From contig JBMNIF010000001.1 of assembly GCA_050950765.1 (NCBI GenBank), positions 32,001 to 96,000 on the forward strand: DNA of 64,000 bases. The letters are read 5' to 3'. The position numbers and the translations under genes are program-made. The notes beneath the pieces were generated by a model, which made no database searches, was not told the origin of the DNA, and saw only the letters and a list, made by a program, of their open reading frames with translations. Origin of the DNA: Bdellovibrionota bacterium (GTDB taxonomy: Bacteria > Bdellovibrionota_C > UBA2361 > JAAYZI01). Below, one piece after another: positions 49,779-59,922 of this stretch (the stretch's first letter is position 1; the number at the start of each line of letters is the position of its first letter).

Positions 49779-50150
49779 TTAACCGAGTCCTCCTTCTCCA
49801 ATAAATCCGCCTTCTCGACTATCCCACAGAAAGATTTTACCTGTACCTTTCGGGTGAGAGGCTTGCGCCTGAAAACCTTCATCATCAGCTGTAATTGAAA
49901 GCTCTACACCTGCGGAGAGCGCTGCAAAACCAGGTAGGCTTGTACAAGCTGCATTACTGCAAGCCAGATACTCTTCATTATCCATAAAATACGCCTCTTC
50001 TGCGATAGCAGCGTTATGCAAGTCGCTCAAAGCGCGAGTATCAAAGGCGCGTTGCTTATAAGAGTTGTATTGCGGTACGGAGATCGCCGTTAAAACGGAA
50101 ACGATCGTGAGAACTACTAATAATTCCAATAAGGTGAATCCATGATCCAT
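49779..50150 (-). CDS. Type IV pilin-like protein
   Basis: G|FTLLELLVVLTIVSVL prepilin motif; Cys pair. Confidence 0.9.
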   Translation of the reverse strand: MDHGFTLLELLVVLTIVSVLTAISVPQYNSYKQRAFDTRALSDLHNAAIAEEAYFMDNEEYLACSNAACTSLPGFAALSAGVELSITADDEGFQAQASHPKGTGKIFLWDSREGGFIGEGGLG

Positions 50151-50370
50151 AAAAATACTCCATTAATAATTAACGTTATAAAAAATGCACTGAAGAAAAA
50201 ATTCTTCAGATGTTAAATTTTCGTAGAAAATGGAGTATTCGTTGCCTGTGGTCCCTGCTTTTTTTACAAAAAATAAAAATTATATTGCATCTCTCTTAGC
50301 AGATAAGACAGAGAGGAGAGGCTTGGTTTTTCTAAAGATCTTAAAATGAAATTTTACACAAAAGAATTAC

Positions 50371-50652
50371 TTAGAGCTTGCTGATTACTCTTTCCATGAT
50401 ACTTGCTAAGTTTGATCTGATAATAGTTGCGAAACGTTCTTTTATTAAGGGTTGTGCTGCTTCAAAATGCTCTTTAAGCCCTGTTGTAATAGTATGGATA
50501 AGTTCGTGGTATTCTACACAGTCAATGTCAATGAAGATGCCGCTTTCTTCGTTGTAAGAACAGGGAAGTTTATTATTACAAAGAAGCCATAAAATAGATG
50601 TGTCTGAAAAACCGCTCAGCTCTTTAAATTCAGAGAGTGATATCTTTGTCAT
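50371..50652 (-). CDS. Hypothetical protein (possible DNA-binding N-terminus)
   Basis: 93 aa; ATGA overlap with the upstream activator gene. Confidence 0.6.
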   Translation of the reverse strand: MTKISLSEFKELSGFSDTSILWLLCNNKLPCSYNEESGIFIDIDCVEYHELIHTITTGLKEHFEAAQPLIKERFATIIRSNLASIMERVISKL

Positions 50653-52190
50653 GGCTTAACCTCACTTTCTTTTGTCGCAATAATATTTGAAGCAACAAAG
50701 GTCATTAACGGAGCGTGGTCTGCGATTTTTTCTGCTGCTAAATTTAGATCTCCGCCTGTTGCTTCAAGCGCATGAGAACGCACTAATGTGGTGAACTCAG
50801 AGACACCATCTTGCAAAGATGAAATAGGTTTACTTAAGGCACGTTGTGCCAAGTCTAGGGCAGCTTCGGCTAATATTTCAGATGATGTAACGGCTTTACC
50901 GAAGAACTTTGATTCAAAAACTTTACCGACATCAGCTGCATCAATAATGGAGCTTCCCTTAAAGTCGGCCATTTCACAAAGTTTAGCGGTACTGTTTTCC
51001 AACTGTCTTAAATTTCCTGGCCAGCTATGACTGAAAAGCAAACGGTAAGCATCATTACTAATGCCGAAGATGCGTGAATTATGAGCGCGTTGTCTATGAA
51101 TTTTAGCTATGGCATAAGCTAGCCCAGCTGCAATATCTAAACGTCTTTCTCGTAACGGCGGAAGTTCAAGACTAACCCTCTCAAGGCGATAGGCGAAGTC
51201 GTGTCGTAATACATCGCAATCCATTAGATCAAAGAGCGCTTCATTTGAAGCAAAAACAAAACGAACATCGGCAGAGGTTGTCTCTGTGCTACCGACTCTA
51301 CGATAAACTTTACTCTCAATAAAAGTGATCAACTTTCCCTGTAAGGCTTTATCGATACTTTGTAATTCGTCGATAAAAAGGGTACCTTTTTCTGCACTTT
51401 TTACTAAGCCCCACTTATCAACGGCACCCGTATAGGCACCTTCAACGGCTCCGAAAAGTTCAGCTTGAATTAACTCTGATGATGAAAAGTCTCTCGGGGT
51501 AATACTGATAAACTTTCCAGATCTTCCCGCTAGAAGATGCAGAGCTAAAGCAAGATTGGTTTTACCTGTGCCTGTCTCTCCGATAATGATCGGATTTTCA
51601 TTGGTATATTTGGCGTAGCGTGGCACCCAGACCATCCACAACTCACGGCTACGTGGGTCAGCTAAAGATTGTGCCCAACCATTACTGTTTAATGTCGGGA
51701 GAGCACTTTGTCCTTCAGCGCGGCGTTGCAACTCTTCTTGACAGAAGCTAAGAGCGTTTTGTAATTGAGCGTTAAGTGGCGTAACGGAAGGAATATTTGA
51801 AGGAGGAGCTGCTATAAAAGTATCAATAAAGCTTGAACCGTGCAGAGTTTCATCTTCAAAAAGAAGGTCTCCGCCGTATCCAAGATGTGCAGGAGACAAT
51901 AGAGCTGTAATGATAAAGATCTCGGATCCGTAACGTTCTCGCACTTGAGATAAAAAGTGTCTTGTCCAACTATGCACGGACTCCGAATAGTGCGTGCCTA
52001 TCTCCAGTAATATAACATTCGGTCTATGACTTGAAAGTAATTCCCAAGCGCCACTAAATGAAGCACTAAAACTTTTTTCAGCTAACCTAGCGGTTGTGAT
52101 ATAAGAGTCCATTTTACGACAAAAATCGCTGCTGCCTAAGATAGCGATGTGTAATCGAGGAGTGTCTTTCCCGCTAGTTTGGGTATTCAT
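50649..52190 (-). CDS. sigma-54 enhancer-binding protein with pseudo-receiver domain
   Basis: GETGTGKT, ELFG..GAYTGA, LFIDE, WPGNLRQLEN, Fis-type HTH. Confidence 0.9.
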   Translation of the reverse strand: MNTQTSGKDTPRLHIAILGSSDFCRKMDSYITTARLAEKSFSASFSGAWELLSSHRPNVILLEIGTHYSESVHSWTRHFLSQVRERYGSEIFIITALLSPAHLGYGGDLLFEDETLHGSSFIDTFIAAPPSNIPSVTPLNAQLQNALSFCQEELQRRAEGQSALPTLNSNGWAQSLADPRSRELWMVWVPRYAKYTNENPIIIGETGTGKTNLALALHLLAGRSGKFISITPRDFSSSELIQAELFGAVEGAYTGAVDKWGLVKSAEKGTLFIDELQSIDKALQGKLITFIESKVYRRVGSTETTSADVRFVFASNEALFDLMDCDVLRHDFAYRLERVSLELPPLRERRLDIAAGLAYAIAKIHRQRAHNSRIFGISNDAYRLLFSHSWPGNLRQLENSTAKLCEMADFKGSSIIDAADVGKVFESKFFGKAVTSSEILAEAALDLAQRALSKPISSLQDGVSEFTTLVRSHALEATGGDLNLAAEKIADHAPLMTFVASNIIATKESEVKP

Positions 52191-53518
52191 AATGCAACCT
52201 CCCTCCTCTGTTTTTGATCTACGTTGTGAGTGTTATGGGAAGAGGAAGACAAAACTTTACGAAGAGCTGTCACAGAACAGCCGAGACGTGCTGCTGCAAT
52301 GCGGTAGTTAAAGTTACACTGCTCTAAGATGCGAAAAGCTGTGGCAACGTTAAGCATATTATTATCTTCCGAAGTACAGTTTTGAAGAGACCACATCTCT
52401 CTACCGTTTTCTATCAATTCTTGTAATGAAAAATCTGTGTTTGCGTTACAGAGTGCTGCATCAAAGAGCACTTCTTTTAGCTCTTTTATCTCCCCCGCCC
52501 AAGTTAGTGTTGATAGCCAAGAGTAGATCTCTTCAGAGAAAAGAAGGGTGGGTTTTCTTCTATTTTGCGGAATTTTTTGTAGAAAGTATTGTGCTAGGAG
52601 GGGAATATCTTCTGTTCTTTCTGAAAGACTTGGGATCCTTATATGGCTTGCTCCTGTTAATCTTAGCCACGCTTTGGAAAGTTCAGCCGATTGAGTACAG
52701 ATAAAAAGGAAGGAATCATTTGTTGAAGAATTAGCACTCCAGATCCGCGAATGGTTTTTACTGATGAAATCAAGTACATCACACTCATCTTCTGTACAAT
52801 TTGTAAGTATTAATGAAAGATTTTTACCGAGAGATGCTCTTGAAGTATCATCATAATGACGAGTTCCGAAAAGCGTTTCAAGATCGCCATCATAAAGGCT
52901 AATATCTACTGTTTTTAAATGTGATTTTGAATCTTTGCTATTAAAAATTATGGAAGCGATGGTCTTTTTGCCCACACCTGCCGCACCTTCCAGCACTAAA
53001 ATAGGAGAGCTCTTCATGCTTTGAGATCTAATCTGATCTAGTAATTTCAAGTGTGGTTTTGAAACGCCGACCAGATCAGCTAATGTCTCCTGTTGTGGAG
53101 GCTCTTGCTTGATAAATGATTTTGTAGAAAGCGCTTGTGCAGCCAGATCTACAACACTTCTTATGGCTTGTATGTGTCCGATCTCAATATAATCTAAAGC
53201 TCCAAGCTTTAGAGCTTGTACTGCAACTGAGATACTAGGTTCATCAGTAAGGAAGATCACAGTCGGCATCTCTTCTTTGCCGTAATGATCCAGCAGCGCT
53301 TGCATAATGTCCAGCCCAGTGGAGTAGTCGCCGATCAAGTAGTCTAAGATAAGTACACGCGCATTACGTTCCAACAAGATCGGAATAATATCTTTACCGA
53401 TCGGAATTCGAAACGAGGTTATATTTTTTTGAGAAAACTCTTCCTGTAAAGCTGCGGCAACCTTAAATTTTGTCGGCTCTCTTTCATTTAGAACAATATT
53501 AATCGGTTCCTGCATCAT
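52187..53518 (-). CDS. Receiver plus degenerate sigma-54 AAA+ domain and HTH
   Basis: ILDY..TGLD, GAAGVGKK, IPSLSERTEDIPLLA, WAGEIKELK; no GAFTGA loop or Walker B. Confidence 0.8.
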   Translation of the reverse strand: MMQEPINIVLNEREPTKFKVAAALQEEFSQKNITSFRIPIGKDIIPILLERNARVLILDYLIGDYSTGLDIMQALLDHYGKEEMPTVIFLTDEPSISVAVQALKLGALDYIEIGHIQAIRSVVDLAAQALSTKSFIKQEPPQQETLADLVGVSKPHLKLLDQIRSQSMKSSPILVLEGAAGVGKKTIASIIFNSKDSKSHLKTVDISLYDGDLETLFGTRHYDDTSRASLGKNLSLILTNCTEDECDVLDFISKNHSRIWSANSSTNDSFLFICTQSAELSKAWLRLTGASHIRIPSLSERTEDIPLLAQYFLQKIPQNRRKPTLLFSEEIYSWLSTLTWAGEIKELKEVLFDAALCNANTDFSLQELIENGREMWSLQNCTSEDNNMLNVATAFRILEQCNFNYRIAAARLGCSVTALRKVLSSSSHNTHNVDQKQRREVAL

Positions 53519-53662
53519 ATTAAAGAATCTTCCTTTCTTAGATATGATGAAAGAAGAGAGAGGATGGATGCGAGTGTTAAATAAACTATTTTTGATTGAG
53601 GCTCTTCCTCTCCTGTGAGGTGGGGAAAAGAACCTCTTTATTCAGTCGGGGAACCTGAAAAG

Positions 53663-54262
53663 ATGAAGGATATTCTGATTGTAGAGGATGGAAAACAGGA
53701 GAGGGAACGCTTGCAGAGGTTGTTTGAAGGTGTCGGATATGCAGTGGAGTCTTTCGAAAATGTTACGGATGCGGAAAAGCGTTTGGAAATAGAAACGTTT
53801 CGCTTGGCTATTCTGGATATTGGGCTTAATGACAGATCTGGTTCGTACCTCTTTAGCGTTATCAAACGAAATAATTGTGCTAACGATGTAATTATTTTTA
53901 CAGGGAATCCCTCTGTGCATTTAAAACAACGCTTCATGGATGAAGGGGCTGCCGATTATATAGTAAAAGCATCTGTGCAAGCGCAGGATGAAAATTTTCT
54001 TTCGAGAGTTAATGAGATCTTGGGCACACCGTATCATACTAAAAAAGATGGCATAGATTTAAAGTATTTTCTCGAAAATTTTTTACCTGAAACATCAAAA
54101 GCATTGTTCTTGGATATGGATAATACCTTCCCGAAGTGTGCATCCTGCGGGAGACAGGAATATGTGGTGACTTTTTCTCAACAAACACAGATACCACCTG
54201 AAATAACAGGTCTCGTTGTTTGTGCAGGGTGCGGTAAAATCATGGATCCTGAAATTGAATAA
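53663..54262 (+). CDS. Response regulator with C-terminal zinc ribbon
   Basis: ILIVED, ILDIGL, FTG, YIVK; CASC...CAGC. Confidence 0.85.
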   Translation: MKDILIVEDGKQERERLQRLFEGVGYAVESFENVTDAEKRLEIETFRLAILDIGLNDRSGSYLFSVIKRNNCANDVIIFTGNPSVHLKQRFMDEGAADYIVKASVQAQDENFLSRVNEILGTPYHTKKDGIDLKYFLENFLPETSKALFLDMDNTFPKCASCGRQEYVVTFSQQTQIPPEITGLVVCAGCGKIMDPEIE

Positions 54263-54271
54263 TATAGTAAG

Positions 54272-57040
54272 ATGAATACTCCTTCAGAAAATAAAAAAAT
54301 TGCAAAAGAAGGAAGACTTTTTAAAAAGATTGGAAGTGCGGCAGATTATTGTCGGTATGTTTTTATTCCACAACTTCTTTTAGTTATACCGATACTGGCG
54401 CTAAATATTCCGCTAATGAAAACTATTAGTGGGAAGATCTTTTTACTATTCGGTATCTACATAGTAGCTCATTTTTTCTTCGTGGTTTTCCTAAAAAGAT
54501 CTTATTCAGGAGCAACTTTATTACTTAATTTTACGGGAATAATACTTTCTTTTGCAGGTGTCTGTTTTTTTTATGGAGAGACTCCTGAAGTCTTCTATTA
54601 TCTGGCGACGGCTGTATTATTATTGCCGCTCTTTTTCAGTATCTGCCGTCCTGAGATCGCACTTACAACTAATTTTATAATTGTTATAGCTGTTTTATCT
54701 TTTTTTAAAATCGAAGAAGTTAAAGAGAATCGAGTTATACTTTTTCTAAATGCCTTAACCTTAACTTTCCCCTGTATCTGGTGTGCTCTTTTGGAGAGTA
54801 TGCAGTGTATGAAACGGTTAAGAGAAAAGAGCTTAAAAGAACGACCGATTTTTACCTTTCAGGAGACATATAAAGAACGGGGACAACGTGAGAAGTTAAT
54901 TAAGATCAGTAAAAATTTATTGTTGGAACGGTTGCGTTCATCTGCGATCTGGAAAATTGTTGCGACAGTTTGTATAGCGGCTATTACAACTTTTGGTGTT
55001 GCCGTACTTAGAGGGGAAGATTCTTTATTATTCCTTCTGTTATGGAGTGTCATAACTTTAACTCACTTACTGATATTAAATCTAATTTTAAAAACAAAGC
55101 GCTTACACAATCTGTGCACCTTATTAGTAATTCTACTTATTGTGGGGATTAATTGGTGGTTAATCGGGCAGTATCTCGGTTTTTATGATGACATCTCTGG
55201 TATCGTGGTGCTTTCTGCTCTGATATTTATGTATGGCAGCGTGGCGTTACCCTTTAAATGGTATGCTTATTTTTTCTTAGCAGCTCTACTTTATGCCGCA
55301 GGTGCGGCAGTTGAAGGAGATACATTCCTCTCTTTTTGTATCTTTGCCGCTACTTTTCTAGTTATGTTTCGTAATGCCTTTGTAAATTATCTGGAGATTT
55401 ATACAGATGTTTCTACAATCGTTTTGACGCGAGGAGGAGAAGTCGGAGTAGCAGGTCGTTCTCTTATTCGAGTGTTGGCGTGGCAGCTCTGTGTTGCTTT
55501 AAATGTAAAGCATGTCTTAATTTGTTCTAAAAATTTAATTGAAGCCGTCTTTGATAACAGCGCTAAGATACTGGAGACAGATTCTAATTTAAACAAGACT
55601 TTGTTTGAGGTAGCACAAGATGAGAGCGGTTTGATTTATGAGCAAGACATCGATCAAAGTGTTAAAGGAATATATAAAAAGTTTTTTAAATTTAAGCCTG
55701 CGGCAATTGCTTTTGAAAGGTTCAGAGTTACGAATAAAGATCAGGAAGAGCAGATTGTGCTACTAGTCCCTATGGGGGAGATCGCTGCAATTATAGGTTT
55801 TGAACGCGCCTTTAAAACTGTTCATCTTTTATCTGCAATTGTGCGTATTGCACTAAGCGCTACAAGGTTACGCCGCCTTTCGTCTAATGCCACTGTCGAT
55901 TCTCAACGTTTTGCACTGGAGAAAGATCGTGAAATGAATCTAGCGGTGCATTTTGTAAATAATTTAGTGCAAGATGTTGTAATTCAATGCGAAGATCTTA
56001 AACGTAAGATAGAAGGTGTAAAGGTTAAGAAAGAAGCTATCTCTGAGGATACCCTGCAAGAGATCGCGCAAGCTGTAACCCAGATCGAATGTTATTCAAG
56101 GATGCTATCAAACCACATAACCGATCTGAAATTGCTAAAAGAGATGAAAGCAATTCGTATCTTTGAAAGAAAGGAAAAAAGTGGCGTGGCAGTAGTGCTT
56201 GAGGAGTTTTCTGAATATGTACGCAGCTCAGCTTTACGTTACGGTTATTCTTGCGAAATTGATCTGCAAATTAAAACAGATGCGGCGTTCATCGTTTCAG
56301 CCGGACAGGAGTTTGTTTCTACGGCGTTACGCGCTATTTTTTATGTGATCGCTTCTTCTTTAAATAGGGGTAAAAAAATTCATCTGATAGTTAGTGCACA
56401 AGAAGAGCAGATCGATTTTAAGTTCTTGTATAACGGCGAAGCCATTTCGCTTTCACAACTTGAAGATACTTCCTGTTTTGGGAAAGATGAAAAGGAGTGG
56501 CGTAAAATAGAGTATCTTTCTGCCGTATCCTCTTTTGCAAAGGTGAGTGAAGGCACCTTTGAGGCACTTTCAGCAGAGGCTCCTTATACTAACGGCATCT
56601 CTTTGAAGTTACCGTTTTTAGCTGAAGAAAAGGCGGAAATAATAGGATCGGGTTGGGCGCTACTGGTAGATGATAATCCACAAGTACTGACCTTTTATGC
56701 ACGGGCTGCTCAAGCATTAAACTTAGAATATCAGATGGCGCACTCTAAACTTGAAGCTGTAAATATCATAGAAGAAAATGGTACCCCCGCTATCGTTATT
56801 TCAGATTTACGCTTGGAGAGTGCAGAGAGCGGATTTGAGTTGATTAAGCATATTAGAGAGTTTTGTGGCGCTAATGTACCGATTCTTGTGGTGAGTGGCA
56901 CAACTGACAGGGAATACGTTAAAAAAGCACTTGCTTATGGAGCTGATGCCTACTTAACAAAACCGCTTGGAAGAAAAAAACTGTTTTCAGAAATTAGTGC
57001 AAATTTAAAAAAATCATTGGAGAAGAAAAATGAATGCTGA
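54272..57040 (+). CDS. Multi-TM hybrid sensor: degenerate kinase core plus receiver domain
   Basis: Two TM clusters, H-box-like AVHFVNN, receiver LLVDD/SDLRL/YLTKP. Confidence 0.75.
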   Translation: MNTPSENKKIAKEGRLFKKIGSAADYCRYVFIPQLLLVIPILALNIPLMKTISGKIFLLFGIYIVAHFFFVVFLKRSYSGATLLLNFTGIILSFAGVCFFYGETPEVFYYLATAVLLLPLFFSICRPEIALTTNFIIVIAVLSFFKIEEVKENRVILFLNALTLTFPCIWCALLESMQCMKRLREKSLKERPIFTFQETYKERGQREKLIKISKNLLLERLRSSAIWKIVATVCIAAITTFGVAVLRGEDSLLFLLLWSVITLTHLLILNLILKTKRLHNLCTLLVILLIVGINWWLIGQYLGFYDDISGIVVLSALIFMYGSVALPFKWYAYFFLAALLYAAGAAVEGDTFLSFCIFAATFLVMFRNAFVNYLEIYTDVSTIVLTRGGEVGVAGRSLIRVLAWQLCVALNVKHVLICSKNLIEAVFDNSAKILETDSNLNKTLFEVAQDESGLIYEQDIDQSVKGIYKKFFKFKPAAIAFERFRVTNKDQEEQIVLLVPMGEIAAIIGFERAFKTVHLLSAIVRIALSATRLRRLSSNATVDSQRFALEKDREMNLAVHFVNNLVQDVVIQCEDLKRKIEGVKVKKEAISEDTLQEIAQAVTQIECYSRMLSNHITDLKLLKEMKAIRIFERKEKSGVAVVLEEFSEYVRSSALRYGYSCEIDLQIKTDAAFIVSAGQEFVSTALRAIFYVIASSLNRGKKIHLIVSAQEEQIDFKFLYNGEAISLSQLEDTSCFGKDEKEWRKIEYLSAVSSFAKVSEGTFEALSAEAPYTNGISLKLPFLAEEKAEIIGSGWALLVDDNPQVLTFYARAAQALNLEYQMAHSKLEAVNIIEENGTPAIVISDLRLESAESGFELIKHIREFCGANVPILVVSGTTDREYVKKALAYGADAYLTKPLGRKKLFSEISANLKKSLEKKNEC

Positions 57041-57497
57041 TAAGAACCTTATTGAAAAAGTCTCCGAGAAAAATAAAAAGATAGAGGGATTTCCTTTTGA
57101 TGACCTCCTTGAAGGGTGTTTTAAAAGTTGTGAAAAAGCTATACAGGAAGCTTTTGATGAACGCTCTGAGTTTTTTGTACATGAAATTTTACAAGCTCTT
57201 TCAAGAAACTGTGTAAAGGCAGAATCTAAAGCTAATGCGTGGATAGGGATCGGATCTCTTTCGAGGTTACGTTCCGAAGTGGGGGGACGCTTTCAAAATT
57301 TACGTGATAGGTGGTTACAGGCAGGTTTTCCATTGCGTGAACATCGCGGAGATAAAACTGGTGCTTATGAGGTAAATCTTGAAGGTTGGACCGAATTAAG
57401 CGCGTGGATATTAAAGCAGGGCTATGAATGTAAACTATCTCCCGCTGAATCAGAGTTTCTTTTTGAAGTAAGAGCGTTGGAAGAAGATAAAATATAA
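57030..57497 (+). CDS. Hypothetical protein
   Basis: 155-aa ORF overlapping the stop of the previous gene. Confidence 0.7.
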   Translation: MNADKNLIEKVSEKNKKIEGFPFDDLLEGCFKSCEKAIQEAFDERSEFFVHEILQALSRNCVKAESKANAWIGIGSLSRLRSEVGGRFQNLRDRWLQAGFPLREHRGDKTGAYEVNLEGWTELSAWILKQGYECKLSPAESEFLFEVRALEEDKI

Positions 57498-57564
57498 TCT
57501 AGCGTCATTTCTAAAAAGTGAGAATTTAAAACTTCTTAAAATTTTCTCAAGAATGATATAAAAC

Positions 57565-58557
57565 TCACAGCTCTATAAGTTCGCCGCCATGTTTATGTAT
57601 TCTAAAAAATTCATTCTCTATCCGTTCTGAAGTTCCGCTCCGCATGGCAACGCTAACCTCTTCTCCTTGAAGAGCGTAACAAGGTTCGCCCACAGGTGGC
57701 ATAACAATCAGCGCAGCATTTCTATTAGGATATTTTTGTGGCATTACAGAAAGCTCATCATTTAATATTGAGGAGAGTATTTCAGGATGCTTATTAAAGA
57801 TCAGCGGATCCCGTCGCAACTCTTCACGCATAGCGGCTAAGACATATCCTGATAGTGCTATCCCCATAATAGCCTCACCACTGCCCGTAGTAGAAATAGC
57901 AGCAATATTGTTGTCTGCATAAACTCCTGAACCGATAATAGGAGAATCACCAACGCGACCATTTAATTTAAATGTAACCCCACCAGTAGAGGTTCCAGCA
58001 CATAAGGCACCTGTGCTATCTCTTACCACACAACCGACAGTTCCGTGAGAGCCCGTGTCGTGTATTAAATCATCTTTTAAATTTTCGTGTTTACTTAGTA
58101 ATTTTCGCACATGAGGAGCAACAAGCTCTTCGTGTGTTGCAACCCAACCGAACTTCTCACGTTCTTCTAAAGGCATTGCATCCAGTGCGTTCATTAGCTC
58201 ATGAGTCCAGATGGTTATCAACGGAAAATCTCTTTCTAGTAACATCTTCAGAGCAAGAGCTGATGGGAACTTTACACGACGAAGATTAATGATTGAAACA
58301 AAATGCCCCGTTCCTTTCATCATTCCGATATCGAGTAAAACGATACCGTGAATATTAGGGTATCCTCCAAAACCGGCATTAAAATATTCACACCCTTCCA
58401 TTACTCTTAAGGCAGCTGCCACAGCGAACTCTCCTGATTTCCCAGCAACTAACTCTTTCCATGCTGCATCAATAGCGACCTTTAGGTACGGTAATTTTAA
58501 TACTGTATGACCTTCCAGAAAATGCCCAGAACCACCATGTATCATTACACTTAACAT
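57565..58557 (-). CDS. Isoaspartyl peptidase/L-asparaginase (type 2, Ntn hydrolase)
   Basis: IHGG, FNAG, G|TVGCV, TSTGG, GRVGDSP, STTGSGE. Confidence 0.9.
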   Translation of the reverse strand: MLSVMIHGGSGHFLEGHTVLKLPYLKVAIDAAWKELVAGKSGEFAVAAALRVMEGCEYFNAGFGGYPNIHGIVLLDIGMMKGTGHFVSIINLRRVKFPSALALKMLLERDFPLITIWTHELMNALDAMPLEEREKFGWVATHEELVAPHVRKLLSKHENLKDDLIHDTGSHGTVGCVVRDSTGALCAGTSTGGVTFKLNGRVGDSPIIGSGVYADNNIAAISTTGSGEAIMGIALSGYVLAAMREELRRDPLIFNKHPEILSSILNDELSVMPQKYPNRNAALIVMPPVGEPCYALQGEEVSVAMRSGTSERIENEFFRIHKHGGELIEL

Positions 58558-58559
58558 TT

Positions 58560-59843
58560 TTATATCCTCCGCATTCCTAACTCTTCTAAAGCCTGTGCCA
58601 AGTATTCTATGTGATACATATCTTCAGCTATAAGAACAGGCGCAAAAACTCCGTTAATTGGTATAGTATCGCAGTCGTAAGGGAAAACTGCATTGATGGA
58701 GGTACCATCATATAAAATCGGTGCCAACTTTTTACGAAGATCATTAAAAGAACTAAGGTCTGTCTGTGCCTTAAAGAACTTCCAACAAGCGGGACGCTTC
58801 CCAGTTACTCTCTCGATATTATCAATAATAGCCATAGTAAAGGAGGATCCGTTTAGTCGTGCATTATTTTCAATCGGAAATATCCCTTGTGCTGTGACGA
58901 TATAGTCAATGCCTAAGACTCCTCTATAGCCGTGAGTTGCCATATTTTGTACGATTTTTAACGAAGTGCTCTGAATATAATTAGAGATCCGTTCTGAAAA
59001 GTACTGTCCATATAAATTACCTATATGGTGCAGCCCTGCAAAAAGTTGTGCCGAACATCCTAAATAATGAACATTACCGTTGCGATCAATTGACCATTGA
59101 TCATTGGGAGAAGCAACAACTTGTAAAAACGGTTCAATTAACAGATGTTCATCATTGCTGTCTTTTATGTTTTTTAAAATTTGCTCCACATCAGTGTTTT
59201 GTACTTTATAAGCAGAAGATCCGGCAGCACCTAAAGATCCTCTGATTAGTACTGCTGGATAAGATTGCAATAGCCCGTGAACAATATCAGCCAACTCTAA
59301 AGAATTTAGACCGCTGGTGTCCCTTGATTCTCCACTTACGACAGGGATTCCGAGTGCCAAACACTCTTTTTTAAAGGTGTCTTTATTAAAATATTTTAAT
59401 GACAGCTCTTCAGGAGAGCCGAAGAGTTCGGCTTTAATAAGACGTGCTGCCTTCTCTTCTGCCTTACCCGAATAAAATGGAACAAACACCGGTTTTTTTC
59501 CAGTATCTGCAATTGCTGTAAGTAATGCTTGCGGATCTTTGATGATAAGATCGCTTAGGGGAACGGCAGCTGATTTGCAATTATAACTGACGATGTGTTG
59601 TGTGCTAAATCCGATCTCGCGCAGCCACGTGTAATATTCAAGATTTAGTGGTCCTGTCAGCACAACGATATCTGATTCTTCGGCGATAGGTAGACTACGT
59701 GCAGTTTTTAAATGAATGTTAGGATCAATATCGCGTAAGAGGTCTCTATAACAGGGTTGAGATAAAACATCGCAAGCAAAGATTCTAGTTTCTGTTTCGT
59801 CTTCTGAAATAGTGTGGAGTAAAAATTTTTCTTTTTGAATCAT
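58560..59843 (-). CDS. ATP-grasp domain protein (putative peptide ligase)
   Basis: NKDTFK, LGIPV, LIEPF, YRGVLGIDYI, IENNARLNGS. Confidence 0.8.
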   Translation of the reverse strand: MIQKEKFLLHTISEDETETRIFACDVLSQPCYRDLLRDIDPNIHLKTARSLPIAEESDIVVLTGPLNLEYYTWLREIGFSTQHIVSYNCKSAAVPLSDLIIKDPQALLTAIADTGKKPVFVPFYSGKAEEKAARLIKAELFGSPEELSLKYFNKDTFKKECLALGIPVVSGESRDTSGLNSLELADIVHGLLQSYPAVLIRGSLGAAGSSAYKVQNTDVEQILKNIKDSNDEHLLIEPFLQVVASPNDQWSIDRNGNVHYLGCSAQLFAGLHHIGNLYGQYFSERISNYIQSTSLKIVQNMATHGYRGVLGIDYIVTAQGIFPIENNARLNGSSFTMAIIDNIERVTGKRPACWKFFKAQTDLSSFNDLRKKLAPILYDGTSINAVFPYDCDTIPINGVFAPVLIAEDMYHIEYLAQALEELGMRRI

Positions 59844-59922
59844 TCAGACCTTATAACAAAATATTTAATATTTGTAATCAATTGGTAAATATTGCGAAAA
59901 TAATAGAGAATTTATTTTAGTT

